Source of the DNA: an uncultured Clostridia bacterium
GTDB lineage: Bacteria > Bacillota > Clostridia > TANB77 > CAG-508
Direction of reading: 5' to 3'
Length of the DNA: 57,504 nucleotides
NCBI GenBank assembly: GCA_947168035.1
Contig: CAMVKF010000001.1
Coordinates: 1-57,504 of the forward strand
Shown: positions 1 to 10,646 of the stretch, piece after piece
How the letters are laid out: each line of letters opens with the position of its first letter
Position numbering within the stretch: position 1 is the stretch's first letter
The notes under the pieces: generated by a model
Told to the model about the DNA's origin: nothing
What the model saw: the letters and a program-made list of their open reading frames with translations, nothing else
The model's database searches: none
Position numbers and translations under genes: made by a program

Positions 1-729
1 CTTTCCAGAATCTCCTTATCTGTTATTTTTTTCATTTTATTACTTGTTACTTCTAGTATAATATCATTTTCAAATGTGTAAGGTTCAATTATTTGCATAG
101 GATCTATATCCTCAAATGGATATTCAACAATTTCTCCAGAAATGTAGTCTCTTTCATAGCTTACACCTGTCATATTAATAATATATTGTTTTTGAGCTTG
201 TATCATATTTTGTAAGTCTTGTTCAAGCTGATTTTTAGCATTGCTATCTAACTTTAAAAAACCATTGCTCGTTATATAGAAATTTTCTAAATTATTAGTT
301 TTAAGTAACTGTAAAAAAAACTGCCTAGATTGTTCTGATATCCAAATCCCAGTATCTTTAGGTCTTTTTTCTATCAAAGCATTTAATTCATTTTCTTCTG
401 GTTTACCCATTTTTATGATTCCTGCTAAATCAACCATAAATTGAACTTCATTCTTTATTTGTAGAATTTTTCTTCCATCTGGTTCCTCTTCTATTTTGTA
501 TATACTTGTATTTCCTGTTGAATTTAACTCTTTTTTTATTTTTTCAATTTCTTCAACATCATTAATTTGGTTTGTATTATTACTTTTTTCAGTTAATTCC
601 AATTTATTTGTAAAATCACTATCCTTTTTCATAAAGTGATTTTGATTCTTTATAACAAATATTATTAGAAAGATTAATATTAGTAATATCAGTAATATTC
701 CCATAATTATAAATTTCTTTTTTTTCATA
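1..729 (-). CDS. hypothetical membrane-anchored protein; C-terminus lies beyond the window start
   Basis: Absent from the ORF track because it is open to the window edge. Manual reverse-strand translation from ATG 727-729 (MKKKKFIIMGILLILLILIFLIIFVIKNQ...) shows no stop down to nt 1. One N-terminal hydrophobic helix. No family recognised. Confidence 0.55.
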
Positions 730-745
730 TGACAACTCTCCTATT

Positions 746-1183
746 TTAATGTTTTCCATGTTTTTTTCCTTTAGAAATAGCTACTCCAAATATAAAAAGT
801 ACACATACAATTATTAGAATAATTATTATTTTTTTATCGATATTTTCAAAAACAAAACCCTTACCTTCATTGTTACTTTGTATATTTTCTATTACTTTGT
901 TTTCTTTTTCTATAGAAGTGTTTTCACCTTTATTTTCATTATATATATTATTAGATTCTAATTTAAGTTCATCAACAGTATTCTTATCCTTTAGTTGTTG
1001 CTCTTGAATTTGTTTTTCTTTTTTTTCTCCATCTTCTGGTGAAAAATCTGCATACCCAGAACTATTAGGAGGAACTGGTATGTCTACAAACCTTTCTACC
1101 CCAAATGTAATAGGTGTTTTAATAAAAAATGATATAACTATTAATAACATAAATATGTATATTAATTTTACTACTCTCTTCAT
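746..1183 (-). CDS. hypothetical small bitopic membrane protein
   Basis: 145-aa ORF with a hydrophobic N-terminus (LIYIFMLLIVISFFI) and a C-terminal TM (IIIILIIVCVLFIFGVAI) followed by a basic tail. SD-like aaaggag lies upstream of the ATG. Confidence 0.55.
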   Translation of the reverse strand: MKRVVKLIYIFMLLIVISFFIKTPITFGVERFVDIPVPPNSSGYADFSPEDGEKKEKQIQEQQLKDKNTVDELKLESNNIYNENKGENTSIEKENKVIENIQSNNEGKGFVFENIDKKIIIILIIVCVLFIFGVAISKGKKHGKH

Positions 1184-1243
1184 AATATTCTCCTTTATTT
1201 AAAAGAATGGTAACTTTTTAATAATTACCATTCTATTAAAAAA

Positions 1244-4200
1244 TTAATTGATTTTTTGTAAATAATTTGTTGCTACAAACCCTCTAGTTCCTTCATCAAA
1301 AATAACTTCATCCCACCATAATCCATCTGAATTGTATTTACCAGTTACAATACGAGTACCAGTAGTTCCATCTGCAACGCTTTTTATTTTTCCATAGCTT
1401 GTACCTGGACCACTTCTTACATTTACTCCAGAGCCATCACTAGTTTTTACTTTAACTCTATCATTGTTATTTGTATTATCAGTATTATTGTTTATTGTAT
1501 TTGTGCCTGATGGTTTTGGTGAAATTTCGCTAGGCATATTTTCATACACTGGAATTATTAATTTTATTTTATTATCTAGAACACCAGAATCTGCATATGC
1601 CCCCCAAAGTATTCTAGCTTCACTATATGCTGCTGATAAATTTTGCATATATTGATGGTTATAGAAACCTCCTCCACTTGCTGGGTTTACATCAAATTTA
1701 TTTAAATATAATGTATTTTGTTTTTTGTCTATATAATAACTTTTTAGAATTCTTATTCCGCCTTCTATACCTTTTTGCATTGAATTCCAGCCTTCTCTTT
1801 TTGCTCTATCTAATGCAGTTTGAAAATCATTTCCAACTTGTGCACCAATATTGAATGGGTTAAAATATAGGTTTCCATCTTTTCCATCCATATAAATAGT
1901 TGAAGATCCTTTTCTTCCTTGCTCTTGGAATAACCTGGCTATTGTATAGTATGGATTAATATTTGTATTTTTGCAAGCATTCATAACATCACTTGCATAA
2001 TTTTGTAAAAAAGTTCCATCTACTTGATATTGAATAGAATTTATTGTTACTCCACTGCTTGCATAGTCTGATAAGTCTATAAATTGGAATATATTTGCTT
2101 CGTTCAAGAAATTTCTTGGATCCATAAAATATGCAATTCCATTGTATGAAGCTGATGCCCAATTTCCACTTACATATGGATTAGGAGCAATCCAATCACC
2201 TTTATATGTTGGAGTATATACTAGATTTCCTTGTTTTGAGGCATATTCATATTCTTTTTGAACAGCTGTATTAAAATCTAGTGTTGTATACAAAATTTCG
2301 AATTCCCAATTAGGATGTACTTTTGATAATTGTTCTATTCTCTCTAAATATCCTGGGTATTTAGAGGTATCTAAATTTATAACACTCCAAAGTTTAAATA
2401 AATAAAACATTTGATTATCATTATTTTGTGTCTTACTTAAGATTAATTTTGAGCCATTATTTATCGTGCCTTCTATACTTACTGCTAATTCTGGATTACA
2501 TAATGGTGATATAATCCAGCCATTTTTATTACTATCTCTTAACATCCATTTTTGTGATGATAATCCTTGATATTTATATTGTATAATTTGTGTTCCTTCT
2601 TTTATTTGACCATCTTTTACAGTTAAACTCTTACCTGTATGAACTGCAGTTATTTTATAAAAGCCTTCATCTTGATATTCTAGATTAAATTTTTGATATT
2701 CCTTATCTGAATAGCTCCAAATATCTACTGCCCAACCATCATTTTGGTTTCCTTTTGAGACTTCTATTGATTTACTTGAATCCCTACCTACTGCTAAATT
2801 ATAAATTCCATTTTGATGTTTTTGCTCTTTTTTGCTTATATTAAACATATACCACATTTGATTTTCATTATCTATAGTTTTGCTTAATATTATTTTTGAA
2901 CCTTTCTCAATTCTTCCTTGTATACTAATTGCTAATTCCAGGTTACATAATGGTGATATTACCCAGCCATTTTTGTTACTATCTCTTAATATCCATTTTT
3001 GAGATACTAAGCCTTGGTATTCATATTGTACAATCTCTGTTCCTTCTTTTATACTAGAACCTTTTACTGTTAAACTTTTTCCTGTATGCATTGCAGTAAT
3101 TTTATAAAAACCTTGTTCATTATATTCTAAATAAAATTTTTGTTCATCATTATCCTTATACTCACCTAAGTCTACTGCCCCACCATTTGCTTTGTTTCCA
3201 TTTAAGATTTCTATTGATTTTTTTGCATCCTTACCTATTGCAATATTATATATACCATTTTTATGTTTTTGTTCTTCCTTACTTATATTAATAATATAAA
3301 ACATTTGATTATCATTATCTAAAGTTTTACTTAATATTAGTCTTGAACCTTGTTCTATCTTTCCTTGGATGCTAATTGCTAATTGTAAATTGCTCAATGG
3401 TGATATTATCCATCCATTTTTATTACTGTCTCTTAGGACCCATTTTTGCGTTGCTAATTCTTGGTATTCATATTGTACAATCTCGGTTCCTTCTTTTATT
3501 TGCCCATCTTTTACTGTTAAACTCTTGCCTGTATGCATTGCTGTAATTTTATAAAAACCTTGTTCATTATATTCTAGATAAAATTTTTGTTCCGCACTGC
3601 CTTTATACTGACCTAAGTCTACTGCCCCACCATTTGCTTTGCTTCCATTTGAGATTTCTATAGATTTTTTTGAATCTTTACCTATTGCTAAATTATATAT
3701 ACCATTTGGATGTTTGTAACCATTTGGATCTATCGAATGTGCATTTTGCTCCTCTTGTTCCTTTTCTATTAAATAATAAATATAAAACATTTGGTTATCA
3801 TTGTCTTGAGTTTTATTTAATATTATTTTTGAACCATTTTCTATAGCTCCTTGTATACTTATGGCTAAACCTGGATTATTTAATGGTGATATTACCCATC
3901 CATTTTTATTACTATCTCTTAATATCCATTTTTGTGATATTAACCCCTGATATTCATTTTGTACAATTTCTGTTCCAGCCTTAATATTACCATCTTTTAT
4001 GGTTAAGCTTTTTCCCGTATGTAATACTGTTACTTTATAGAACCCCTCACTTTGATATTCTAAATTAAATTTTTGATGAGACAAATTACCATAATCTGCT
4101 ATATCTAATATTGAATTATTATTTTTTTCAGCATTTTTTACTTCTATTACTTTTTTCTCATTTTTCCCTACTGCAATTTTATATGTCCCATTTGTATGTT

Positions 4201-4732
4201 TTTGCTCTTTTGAACTTATATTATACATATATAACATTTGATTATTATTATCTTTAGTTTTACTTAAAATCAATTTTGAACCATTTTTTATTGTCCCTTC
4301 TATACTTATAGATAATTCAGAATTAGTTAAAGGTGATATTACCCAGCCATTTTTATTACTGTCCCTTAATATCCATTTTTGTGATGCTAATCCTTGGTAT
4401 TCATATTGTACAATTTCTGTTCCTTCTGTTATACTAGCACCTTTTGCAGTCAAACTCTTTCCTGTATGCATTGCATTTATTTTATAAAATCCTGCTTCTT
4501 GATATTCCATATAAAATTTTTGCTCAGCTTTTCCCTCATAATTCCCTATATCTAATATAGAATCATTTGCAGTTGCTCCTGATTTTACCTCAATAACTTT
4601 ACTCTCATCTATTCCCACTGCTAATTTATATATGCCATTTTCCTTTGTTTTTTGGGAAGATGCATAGCATAAATTGTTGATTGCAATTAGACTCAATACA
4701 AAGAATATAAAAAAGTATATTTTCGTCTTCAT
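1244..4732 (-). CDS. secreted peptidoglycan hydrolase: signal peptide, 5 ricin-type beta-trefoil lectin repeats, GH73-like N-acetylglucosaminidase domain, C-terminal SH3b
   Basis: Five ~150-aa repeats each carry QxW-type motifs (QKF / SQKWxLRDSNKNGW / NQMF). The C-terminal region has LFQEQGRKGSS...YFNPFNIGA...YNHQYMQNLSAAYSEA, resembling GH73/LytD-type glucosaminidases. The last ~70 aa (VNVRSGPGTSYGKIK...GLWWDEV) are SH3b-like. Confidence 0.8.
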   Translation of the reverse strand: MKTKIYFFIFFVLSLIAINNLCYASSQKTKENGIYKLAVGIDESKVIEVKSGATANDSILDIGNYEGKAEQKFYMEYQEAGFYKINAMHTGKSLTAKGASITEGTEIVQYEYQGLASQKWILRDSNKNGWVISPLTNSELSISIEGTIKNGSKLILSKTKDNNNQMLYMYNISSKEQKHTNGTYKIAVGKNEKKVIEVKNAEKNNNSILDIADYGNLSHQKFNLEYQSEGFYKVTVLHTGKSLTIKDGNIKAGTEIVQNEYQGLISQKWILRDSNKNGWVISPLNNPGLAISIQGAIENGSKIILNKTQDNDNQMFYIYYLIEKEQEEQNAHSIDPNGYKHPNGIYNLAIGKDSKKSIEISNGSKANGGAVDLGQYKGSAEQKFYLEYNEQGFYKITAMHTGKSLTVKDGQIKEGTEIVQYEYQELATQKWVLRDSNKNGWIISPLSNLQLAISIQGKIEQGSRLILSKTLDNDNQMFYIINISKEEQKHKNGIYNIAIGKDAKKSIEILNGNKANGGAVDLGEYKDNDEQKFYLEYNEQGFYKITAMHTGKSLTVKGSSIKEGTEIVQYEYQGLVSQKWILRDSNKNGWVISPLCNLELAISIQGRIEKGSKIILSKTIDNENQMWYMFNISKKEQKHQNGIYNLAVGRDSSKSIEVSKGNQNDGWAVDIWSYSDKEYQKFNLEYQDEGFYKITAVHTGKSLTVKDGQIKEGTQIIQYKYQGLSSQKWMLRDSNKNGWIISPLCNPELAVSIEGTINNGSKLILSKTQNNDNQMFYLFKLWSVINLDTSKYPGYLERIEQLSKVHPNWEFEILYTTLDFNTAVQKEYEYASKQGNLVYTPTYKGDWIAPNPYVSGNWASASYNGIAYFMDPRNFLNEANIFQFIDLSDYASSGVTINSIQYQVDGTFLQNYASDVMNACKNTNINPYYTIARLFQEQGRKGSSTIYMDGKDGNLYFNPFNIGAQVGNDFQTALDRAKREGWNSMQKGIEGGIRILKSYYIDKKQNTLYLNKFDVNPASGGGFYNHQYMQNLSAAYSEARILWGAYADSGVLDNKIKLIIPVYENMPSEISPKPSGTNTINNNTDNTNNNDRVKVKTSDGSGVNVRSGPGTSYGKIKSVADGTTGTRIVTGKYNSDGLWWDEVIFDEGTRGFVATNYLQKIN
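2384..4639 (-). repeat. five tandem ~450-nt coding repeats (ricin-type lectin modules)
   Basis: Repeat borders derived from the protein repeats, aa 32-783 of the 1162-aa ORF. Long stretches of DNA-level similarity between units are visible. Confidence 0.8.
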
Positions 4733-4779
4733 TTTTATTTCACCTCACACTCTAAAATATATATAGGTATTAGAACTAC

Positions 4780-7230
4780 TTAAAAGTTTCTAAGTAAATT
4801 CATTGTAGCTTTATTGAATTTATTTACATAATCTCTATTAATTACTTCGCTATGTGAATTAACTTCTGGTAACTCCAACAACATTGATCTTGTATTTGGA
4901 ACTGATCTTGCCCAATTTATTAAATATCCATTTCCATATGTATATATATGTTTATTAATTCCAAATTCATTTCTATAACATCTTCCAATTGCTTCATCAC
5001 CTATTGTTTCATTTAGCCATCCATGAACATCTATTACTATATTCTCACTTCCACTAAAATATAGTATACAGTTTCTTAATGCTTGCGCTTCGAATGCTTG
5101 CAAAGGTTCTTCCCCATTATAATTTCTTGAGTTTTGGGTTGACTTATATCCAACAGGGAAACATCTATTCATATCTATTCCAACATTGCCCTTTGCTAAA
5201 CTATAGAGAGTTGTACGCCCTGGCCCATTATTTGTCCAACCATTATATTCTCCATCTGGATTTGATGAAGGTAAAACAAATACTGTCCATCTATCTGCTA
5301 CATCATTTAGCATTTCTTTTTTTAATAGTTCAAAGAATTCTTTTGCAATATATGTTAATTCTTGTGCATCTCTATAATATGAATCTTCAAATCCATGAAT
5401 AGAAAAATTCAAAAATAAATGCTTATTACCATTACCAATTCTATAATACTTTAAATATTGTCCACCTGTACCTTTATGCATTAATCCAGATTGTCCATAT
5501 TGTCCTTCTATAATATTTAAATTAATTTCTCCAAATATATAAAACATTTGATTATCATTGTCTTGTGCTTTACTTAAAACTAATTTTGCTCCATTTTTTA
5601 TTGTTCCTTCTATTGTTAATGCTAATTCAGGATTACTTAATGGCGAAATTACCCATCCATTCTTTTTACTATCTCTTAGTATCCATCTTTGTGATGCTAT
5701 CCATCGATATTCATCTTGTACAATATTGGCACCCTCTTGTATACTCTGGTTATTTATTGATATACTTTTCCAAGTATGTATTGGCATTATTTTATAATAT
5801 CCTTCGTCTAAATAATCGAAATAGAACTTCTGTTGCAAATCTCCTGTGTAATCATTTATATCTATTGTTGCACCATTAAATCTATTTCCTCCTTGTACTT
5901 CTATTACTTTACTAGAATTTTTTCCTACTGCTAATTTATATATTCCATCTGCAAATTTTTGCTCCTCTTTACTTATGTTAAACATATATAGCATTTGATT
6001 ATCATTAACTTGTGTTTTATTTAAAATCATTCTTGATCCATTGCTTATCGTTCCTTCTATACTTACGGCTAAATTTGGATTGCTTAATGGTGATATTATC
6101 CAACCATTAATATTGCTATCTCTTAAGGTCCATTTTTGTGATGATAATCCTTGATATTCATATTGTACAATCTCTGCGCCTTGTGTAATATAATTATATC
6201 TAACTGATAAGCTTTTTCCAGTATGCATTGCTGTTATTTTATAATATCCTTCGTCTTGATATTCTAAATAAAACTTTTGTTGAGGTGCATTTTCATAATT
6301 TAGTATATCTACATTAGCATTATTAAAACTATTTGCTCCTTTTACTTCAACAACTTTGCTTGCATCTCTTCCTATTGCTAATTTATATATTCCATTTGGA
6401 TGTTTTTTTTCTTCTTGGCTTATGTTAAACATATATAGCATTTGATAATCATTATCTTGTGTTTTATTTAAAATCATTCTTGATCCATTGCTTATCGTTC
6501 CTTCTATACTTACGGCTAAATTTGGATTGCTTAATGGTGATATTATCCAACCATTAATATTGCTATCCCTTAAGGTCCATTTTTGTGATGATAATCCTTG
6601 AAATTCATATTGTACAATTTCTGTTCCTTGTGTTATTTTATTATTTTTAACTGTTAAGCTTTTTCCAGAATGCATTGCTGTTATTTTATAATATCCTTCA
6701 TCTTGATATTCTAAATAAAATTTTTGTTGAAGTTCATTTTTATAATTCCATATATCTAATACAGCATTGTCAGTTTTATCAGCACCTTTAACCTCAATTA
6801 CTTTACTTGCATCTCTTCCTATGGCTAATTTATATATTCCATTTGGTCTGGCATCTTTCTGTGTATTTGATAACATTTGAACATTACTTTTTACAACATC
6901 CTTATAATTTCCTGATTTAGTTATATTTTCAATTTCATCTGTATATGTATTTTGTTCCTGACTATTTTCATCCACTTCACTTTCGACTTTAGTACTTTCT
7001 TGATTATTACTATTAATTATGTTTTCATTTGGTGCTTTTTCTTGTTTATTATTTTTAATAATATTTTCATTTTGTTCTTCTTCTAAGCTATTTGTATTTT
7101 CATTATTGCTATCAACTATACTATTACTGTTAAAATCTATTGAATTATTATTTGAAGCATAAATAGAATTTGAAAGTATTATTGTAGTTAAAAAAAATAT
7201 TATTAAATATTTTTTAAATTTTTTCATCAT
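4780..7230 (-). CDS. secreted cell-wall peptidase: N/E-rich linker, 3 ricin-type lectin repeats, C-terminal M14 zinc-carboxypeptidase-like domain
   Basis: C-terminal motifs SIHGFE (HxxE), SSNPDG, MNRCFP and VIDVHGW are typical of the M14 / gamma-D-Glu-diamino-acid peptidase family. Three repeats carry SQKWTLRDSNINGW. The track start 7248 is a GTG; the ATG-ATG at 7230/7227 follows AAGGAAGGA and is the more likely start. Confidence 0.75.
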   Translation of the reverse strand: MMKKFKKYLIIFFLTTIILSNSIYASNNNSIDFNSNSIVDSNNENTNSLEEEQNENIIKNNKQEKAPNENIINSNNQESTKVESEVDENSQEQNTYTDEIENITKSGNYKDVVKSNVQMLSNTQKDARPNGIYKLAIGRDASKVIEVKGADKTDNAVLDIWNYKNELQQKFYLEYQDEGYYKITAMHSGKSLTVKNNKITQGTEIVQYEFQGLSSQKWTLRDSNINGWIISPLSNPNLAVSIEGTISNGSRMILNKTQDNDYQMLYMFNISQEEKKHPNGIYKLAIGRDASKVVEVKGANSFNNANVDILNYENAPQQKFYLEYQDEGYYKITAMHTGKSLSVRYNYITQGAEIVQYEYQGLSSQKWTLRDSNINGWIISPLSNPNLAVSIEGTISNGSRMILNKTQVNDNQMLYMFNISKEEQKFADGIYKLAVGKNSSKVIEVQGGNRFNGATIDINDYTGDLQQKFYFDYLDEGYYKIMPIHTWKSISINNQSIQEGANIVQDEYRWIASQRWILRDSKKNGWVISPLSNPELALTIEGTIKNGAKLVLSKAQDNDNQMFYIFGEINLNIIEGQYGQSGLMHKGTGGQYLKYYRIGNGNKHLFLNFSIHGFEDSYYRDAQELTYIAKEFFELLKKEMLNDVADRWTVFVLPSSNPDGEYNGWTNNGPGRTTLYSLAKGNVGIDMNRCFPVGYKSTQNSRNYNGEEPLQAFEAQALRNCILYFSGSENIVIDVHGWLNETIGDEAIGRCYRNEFGINKHIYTYGNGYLINWARSVPNTRSMLLELPEVNSHSEVINRDYVNKFNKATMNLLRNF
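5530..6849 (-). repeat. three tandem ~447-nt coding repeats; two units are nearly identical
   Basis: About 210 nt starting at 5972 and at 6419 differ at only ~5 positions (cttatgttaaacatatatagcatttga...ccatttttgtgatgataatccttga). Confidence 0.85.
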
Positions 7231-7329
7231 TATATCCTTCCTTTTCACATATTATTAATTTAAAACTTAAAAATAATTATCTGTTAATGCATTTTATCAT
7301 AAGTTTTTAATCTTCATTCTTTCAAAATA

Positions 7330-7358
7330 ATTATAATATATATGTTTTTTTGTGTCAA
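7330..7358 (-). promoter_or_regulatory. sigma-A type promoter for the lectin-hydrolase genes
   Basis: Reverse strand reads TTGACA (7358-7353), a 17-nt spacer, then TATAAT (7335-7330), about 100 nt upstream of the ATG at 7230. Confidence 0.5.
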
Positions 7359-7552
7359 TAATATTTAAATAGAAAAAAAACACATTAAATCCTTATTATT
7401 CCACATTTCTCCCTGAACTTTCAAAAAATTAAGACAACAATAATCTTTTTCATGATTAAAGTTGCCTTTTTATTTTTGTTTTTTATAAGATTTTTAATAT
7501 TGATATTTTTTACTATTTAATTTAAAATTCTACAAATATGTAAAATAATTTA

Positions 7553-8329
7553 TTATAATTGCTCAGCAAATCCCTTTTGTAATTTACTAAAAATTAAATA
7601 ACCAATAATACAACCTATAATTGCAAATGTAAATACTATTAATAATGGTTTTATATCTATCATTGTTTGATTATAGAAAATATCTCTATATGCATTTATT
7701 ATATATGTCATAGGATTATATCTTAAAATCCACTGAAAGTTTTCAGGTATTGTAGATGGTGCATATACTATAGGTGCTGCGTAAAATAGAAGCTGCAATG
7801 CTACTCCAACAAAATGTTGTAAATCTCTTAAATATACACATACGCTTGCAAGTGCCATAGATATTGCAAGTACAACGAAGTATTGAATAATTAATACTAG
7901 AGGATATAAAACAACATATTTTGTTATACCTAATCCTCCAAATAATACAAATCCAATAATTATTATTGTTGAAATCAAAAAGTTAATTGCTTCACTTGTT
8001 ACTACAGAAATTGGTACAATTTCGCGCGGAAAATATACTTTTTTCAGTATATTTCCATTTTCCACGAAACAAAATGCAGATCTATTTATTGCAGTTGCAA
8101 AAAATGTCCATGGAATTAATCCACAACACAAAAATATTACATAATTTTCTTGATTGTTTCTTAAAATTAGTGGAAATACTATTGCATAAACTGCAATTTG
8201 TAATAAAGGATTTAAAAAAGACCATATAACTCCTAAAAATGAATTTTTATATTTTCCTCTAACTTCTTTTTTTACACTGGTTTTTAAAAGCTCTCTATAT
8301 TGATATAGGTTCATAAATATATTAGTCAT
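7553..8329 (-). CDS. ABC-2 type polysaccharide/teichoic-acid exporter permease (Wzm/TagG-like)
   Basis: 258 aa, about 6 TM. N-terminus YRELLKTSVKKEVRGKYKNSFLGVIWSFLNPLLQ is typical of ABC-2 permeases. Its start overlaps the upstream stop (TAATG). Confidence 0.85.
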   Translation of the reverse strand: MTNIFMNLYQYRELLKTSVKKEVRGKYKNSFLGVIWSFLNPLLQIAVYAIVFPLILRNNQENYVIFLCCGLIPWTFFATAINRSAFCFVENGNILKKVYFPREIVPISVVTSEAINFLISTIIIIGFVLFGGLGITKYVVLYPLVLIIQYFVVLAISMALASVCVYLRDLQHFVGVALQLLFYAAPIVYAPSTIPENFQWILRYNPMTYIINAYRDIFYNQTMIDIKPLLIVFTFAIIGCIIGYLIFSKLQKGFAEQL

Positions 8330-10626
8330 TAGTCTTCTCCTCTCCCTATAATTTTTTTACAAAAATTATATATACCCAATTTTCTTAAAAATACTACAAT
8401 TGGATGTTTTATCTTATATTCTAATGTAAACTCATACATTGGATTTGCTTTTCCTTTTAATTTTTCTATTTTTGGAACTCTACATATATCAACATTTTTT
8501 GCATTAAATTCCTTGCAAAGCCATTCATATTCGTCTCTAAATGCAATTGTGTGTAAAGTAATTAGTTCTTTTACAATATTTTTATCACATTTTTTAGCTT
8601 TTTCTATTTTTTCCGCATTTGGATTATGTGCTATTTTTTCAAATATATTTTCCATATTTAATATCATATTGTCGATAGTAAATCCATTTAATATTCTATC
8701 TCTACATTTAGATTTATATTTATCATTATTATTTAAGATTTTTTCTATTCCATCTACATAATTTTCAATTTCCTCATTAGAGTAATTATAATCATTTATT
8801 TGAGTTTCATCTTGTAAACATGGCACAATAACACCAACATCTTCATTTATAAGTTCACTTTGTCCTCCAACATCAGAAGAAATCACTGGCACGCCCATAG
8901 AAAGAGATTCATATGATGTTAATGCTAAACCTTCCTTTATTGAACAATTTACTGTTATATCGCTCATTGCATATATTTCTTCTGTTGTTCCAATGTTTCC
9001 TAAAAAATACATTATATCATTTAAATTTAAAGATTTGGCTTTACTTTTTATTTCGCGAAACATTGGTCCATCTCCAGCAACTATTACAACGAAATCATTT
9101 CTTTTTTCTTTTAATTTTTTTATAATTTCTAACATTAAATATGGTCTTTTTTGAGCAGATATTCTACAAATAAAACTAATAATATATTTATTTTCTGCAT
9201 TTATTTTATATTTATCTAATATCTCTTGTTTTTTATATTTTTCCGGATTGAATCTTTTCTCATCTACTCCAATATAGCAAGTTTCCACATTTTCTTTTTC
9301 ACTTCCAAAATGCTCTGATATAAGTCTTGCACTATTTTTATTACATAAATAAGTTTTGTCAATAAATCCTGATGCCATTGCAGAATCCCTTGAATATCCA
9401 CCATTTCTCCAATACCATTCTTCCATGTGTACATAATCTATAATTGGTATTTCTGGATGATTCGCTTTTAAATATGGTATACATCCATATCCAAAGGTAC
9501 TATTTGTATTGAATATCAAATCTATATTATTTTTTTCAATAATATAATTTATAAAACTAATCCAGTATTTTTTATCTAAAAATGTAGTTAAATCATATAC
9601 TGTAGCATATTCTTCAAATTTTTGTTTCCAAAGATTTTCTGAAGGTAAAGTTGTAATTATAATAAATTCATATTTGTCTTTATTAACTTTACTTACTACA
9701 TCTAAATTAAATTTATCTGCTCCTCCTACAACCATCCATGGTATAATCATCAATATTTTAATCTTACCATTTTTCTTTTGCTTTGGTACTATTATTTGAG
9801 GAACTTTATCTACTATTTCATCCCAGTCATAATCTTGTTTAGGATATTGTATTGCTACTACTTCTTTTTTTACTTTTAGGGCTGTTTCATTAACATATCT
9901 CATAGCAGTTTCTCTATTATTTTTTGCTCTACCTAGCTCACTTTCATTTTTAGGCTTTCTCCTATACCAAAAACCAAGAAAACTCATTCTAACAGGAAAT
10001 TTTTCTTTTGATAACATTTTTAGCCAAAAATTCCAATCTTCAAATACAGACTTTTCTCTTAATTCATATCCACCAACCTCTTGAAAATCAGCTTTTCTTA
10101 TTATCGCCATAGCAGTTAATAAGTTTTCTTTTTTTTCATATTCAGAATTAAACATTTTTCTCCATAAAAACTCTTCACCTTGAAAATTAACAACATCACA
10201 ATATGCCCAACTTGCCTTAACATTTGTTTCCAAAGTCCAATATCCACATTCCAAAAATGTTGGAGAAATTACATCATCATCATCTAAAAAAACCAAGTAT
10301 TTAGATGATTCAGATGCTTTAGCTGCTCCAAAATCTCTGGTTGCTGCTAACCCCTCATTCTCCTTATGAAAGACTCTTATCCTATCATCCATTTTTTCAA
10401 TTTCTTGTAATTTTTTTAAACTTTCTTCATCTTTTGAACCATCATCTACAATTATCCATTCAAAAAATGGATAGGTTTGATTTAAAATCGAATTTGCTGT
10501 TATTTCTATATATTTTTTTGAATTAAAATATGGAGTTATTATAGAAATAATAGGATTTTCTTTATTATCATACTCTTTTTTTACATTAAGCTTTCTACCT
10601 GGATATAAGGTATAATCATAATTCAT
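8329..10626 (-). CDS. bifunctional glycosyltransferase (N-terminal GT2, C-terminal GT4)
   Basis: ISIITPYFNSKKYI...WIIVDDGSKDES is a GT2 signature. C-terminal VAGDGPM...EGLALTSYESLSMGVPVISSDVGGQSELI is a GT4/Glycos_transf_1 signature. Confidence 0.8.
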   Translation of the reverse strand: MNYDYTLYPGRKLNVKKEYDNKENPIISIITPYFNSKKYIEITANSILNQTYPFFEWIIVDDGSKDEESLKKLQEIEKMDDRIRVFHKENEGLAATRDFGAAKASESSKYLVFLDDDDVISPTFLECGYWTLETNVKASWAYCDVVNFQGEEFLWRKMFNSEYEKKENLLTAMAIIRKADFQEVGGYELREKSVFEDWNFWLKMLSKEKFPVRMSFLGFWYRRKPKNESELGRAKNNRETAMRYVNETALKVKKEVVAIQYPKQDYDWDEIVDKVPQIIVPKQKKNGKIKILMIIPWMVVGGADKFNLDVVSKVNKDKYEFIIITTLPSENLWKQKFEEYATVYDLTTFLDKKYWISFINYIIEKNNIDLIFNTNSTFGYGCIPYLKANHPEIPIIDYVHMEEWYWRNGGYSRDSAMASGFIDKTYLCNKNSARLISEHFGSEKENVETCYIGVDEKRFNPEKYKKQEILDKYKINAENKYIISFICRISAQKRPYLMLEIIKKLKEKRNDFVVIVAGDGPMFREIKSKAKSLNLNDIMYFLGNIGTTEEIYAMSDITVNCSIKEGLALTSYESLSMGVPVISSDVGGQSELINEDVGVIVPCLQDETQINDYNYSNEEIENYVDGIEKILNNNDKYKSKCRDRILNGFTIDNMILNMENIFEKIAHNPNAEKIEKAKKCDKNIVKELITLHTIAFRDEYEWLCKEFNAKNVDICRVPKIEKLKGKANPMYEFTLEYKIKHPIVVFLRKLGIYNFCKKIIGRGED

Positions 10627-10646
10627 TTCTAATATTTCCTTTCTTT

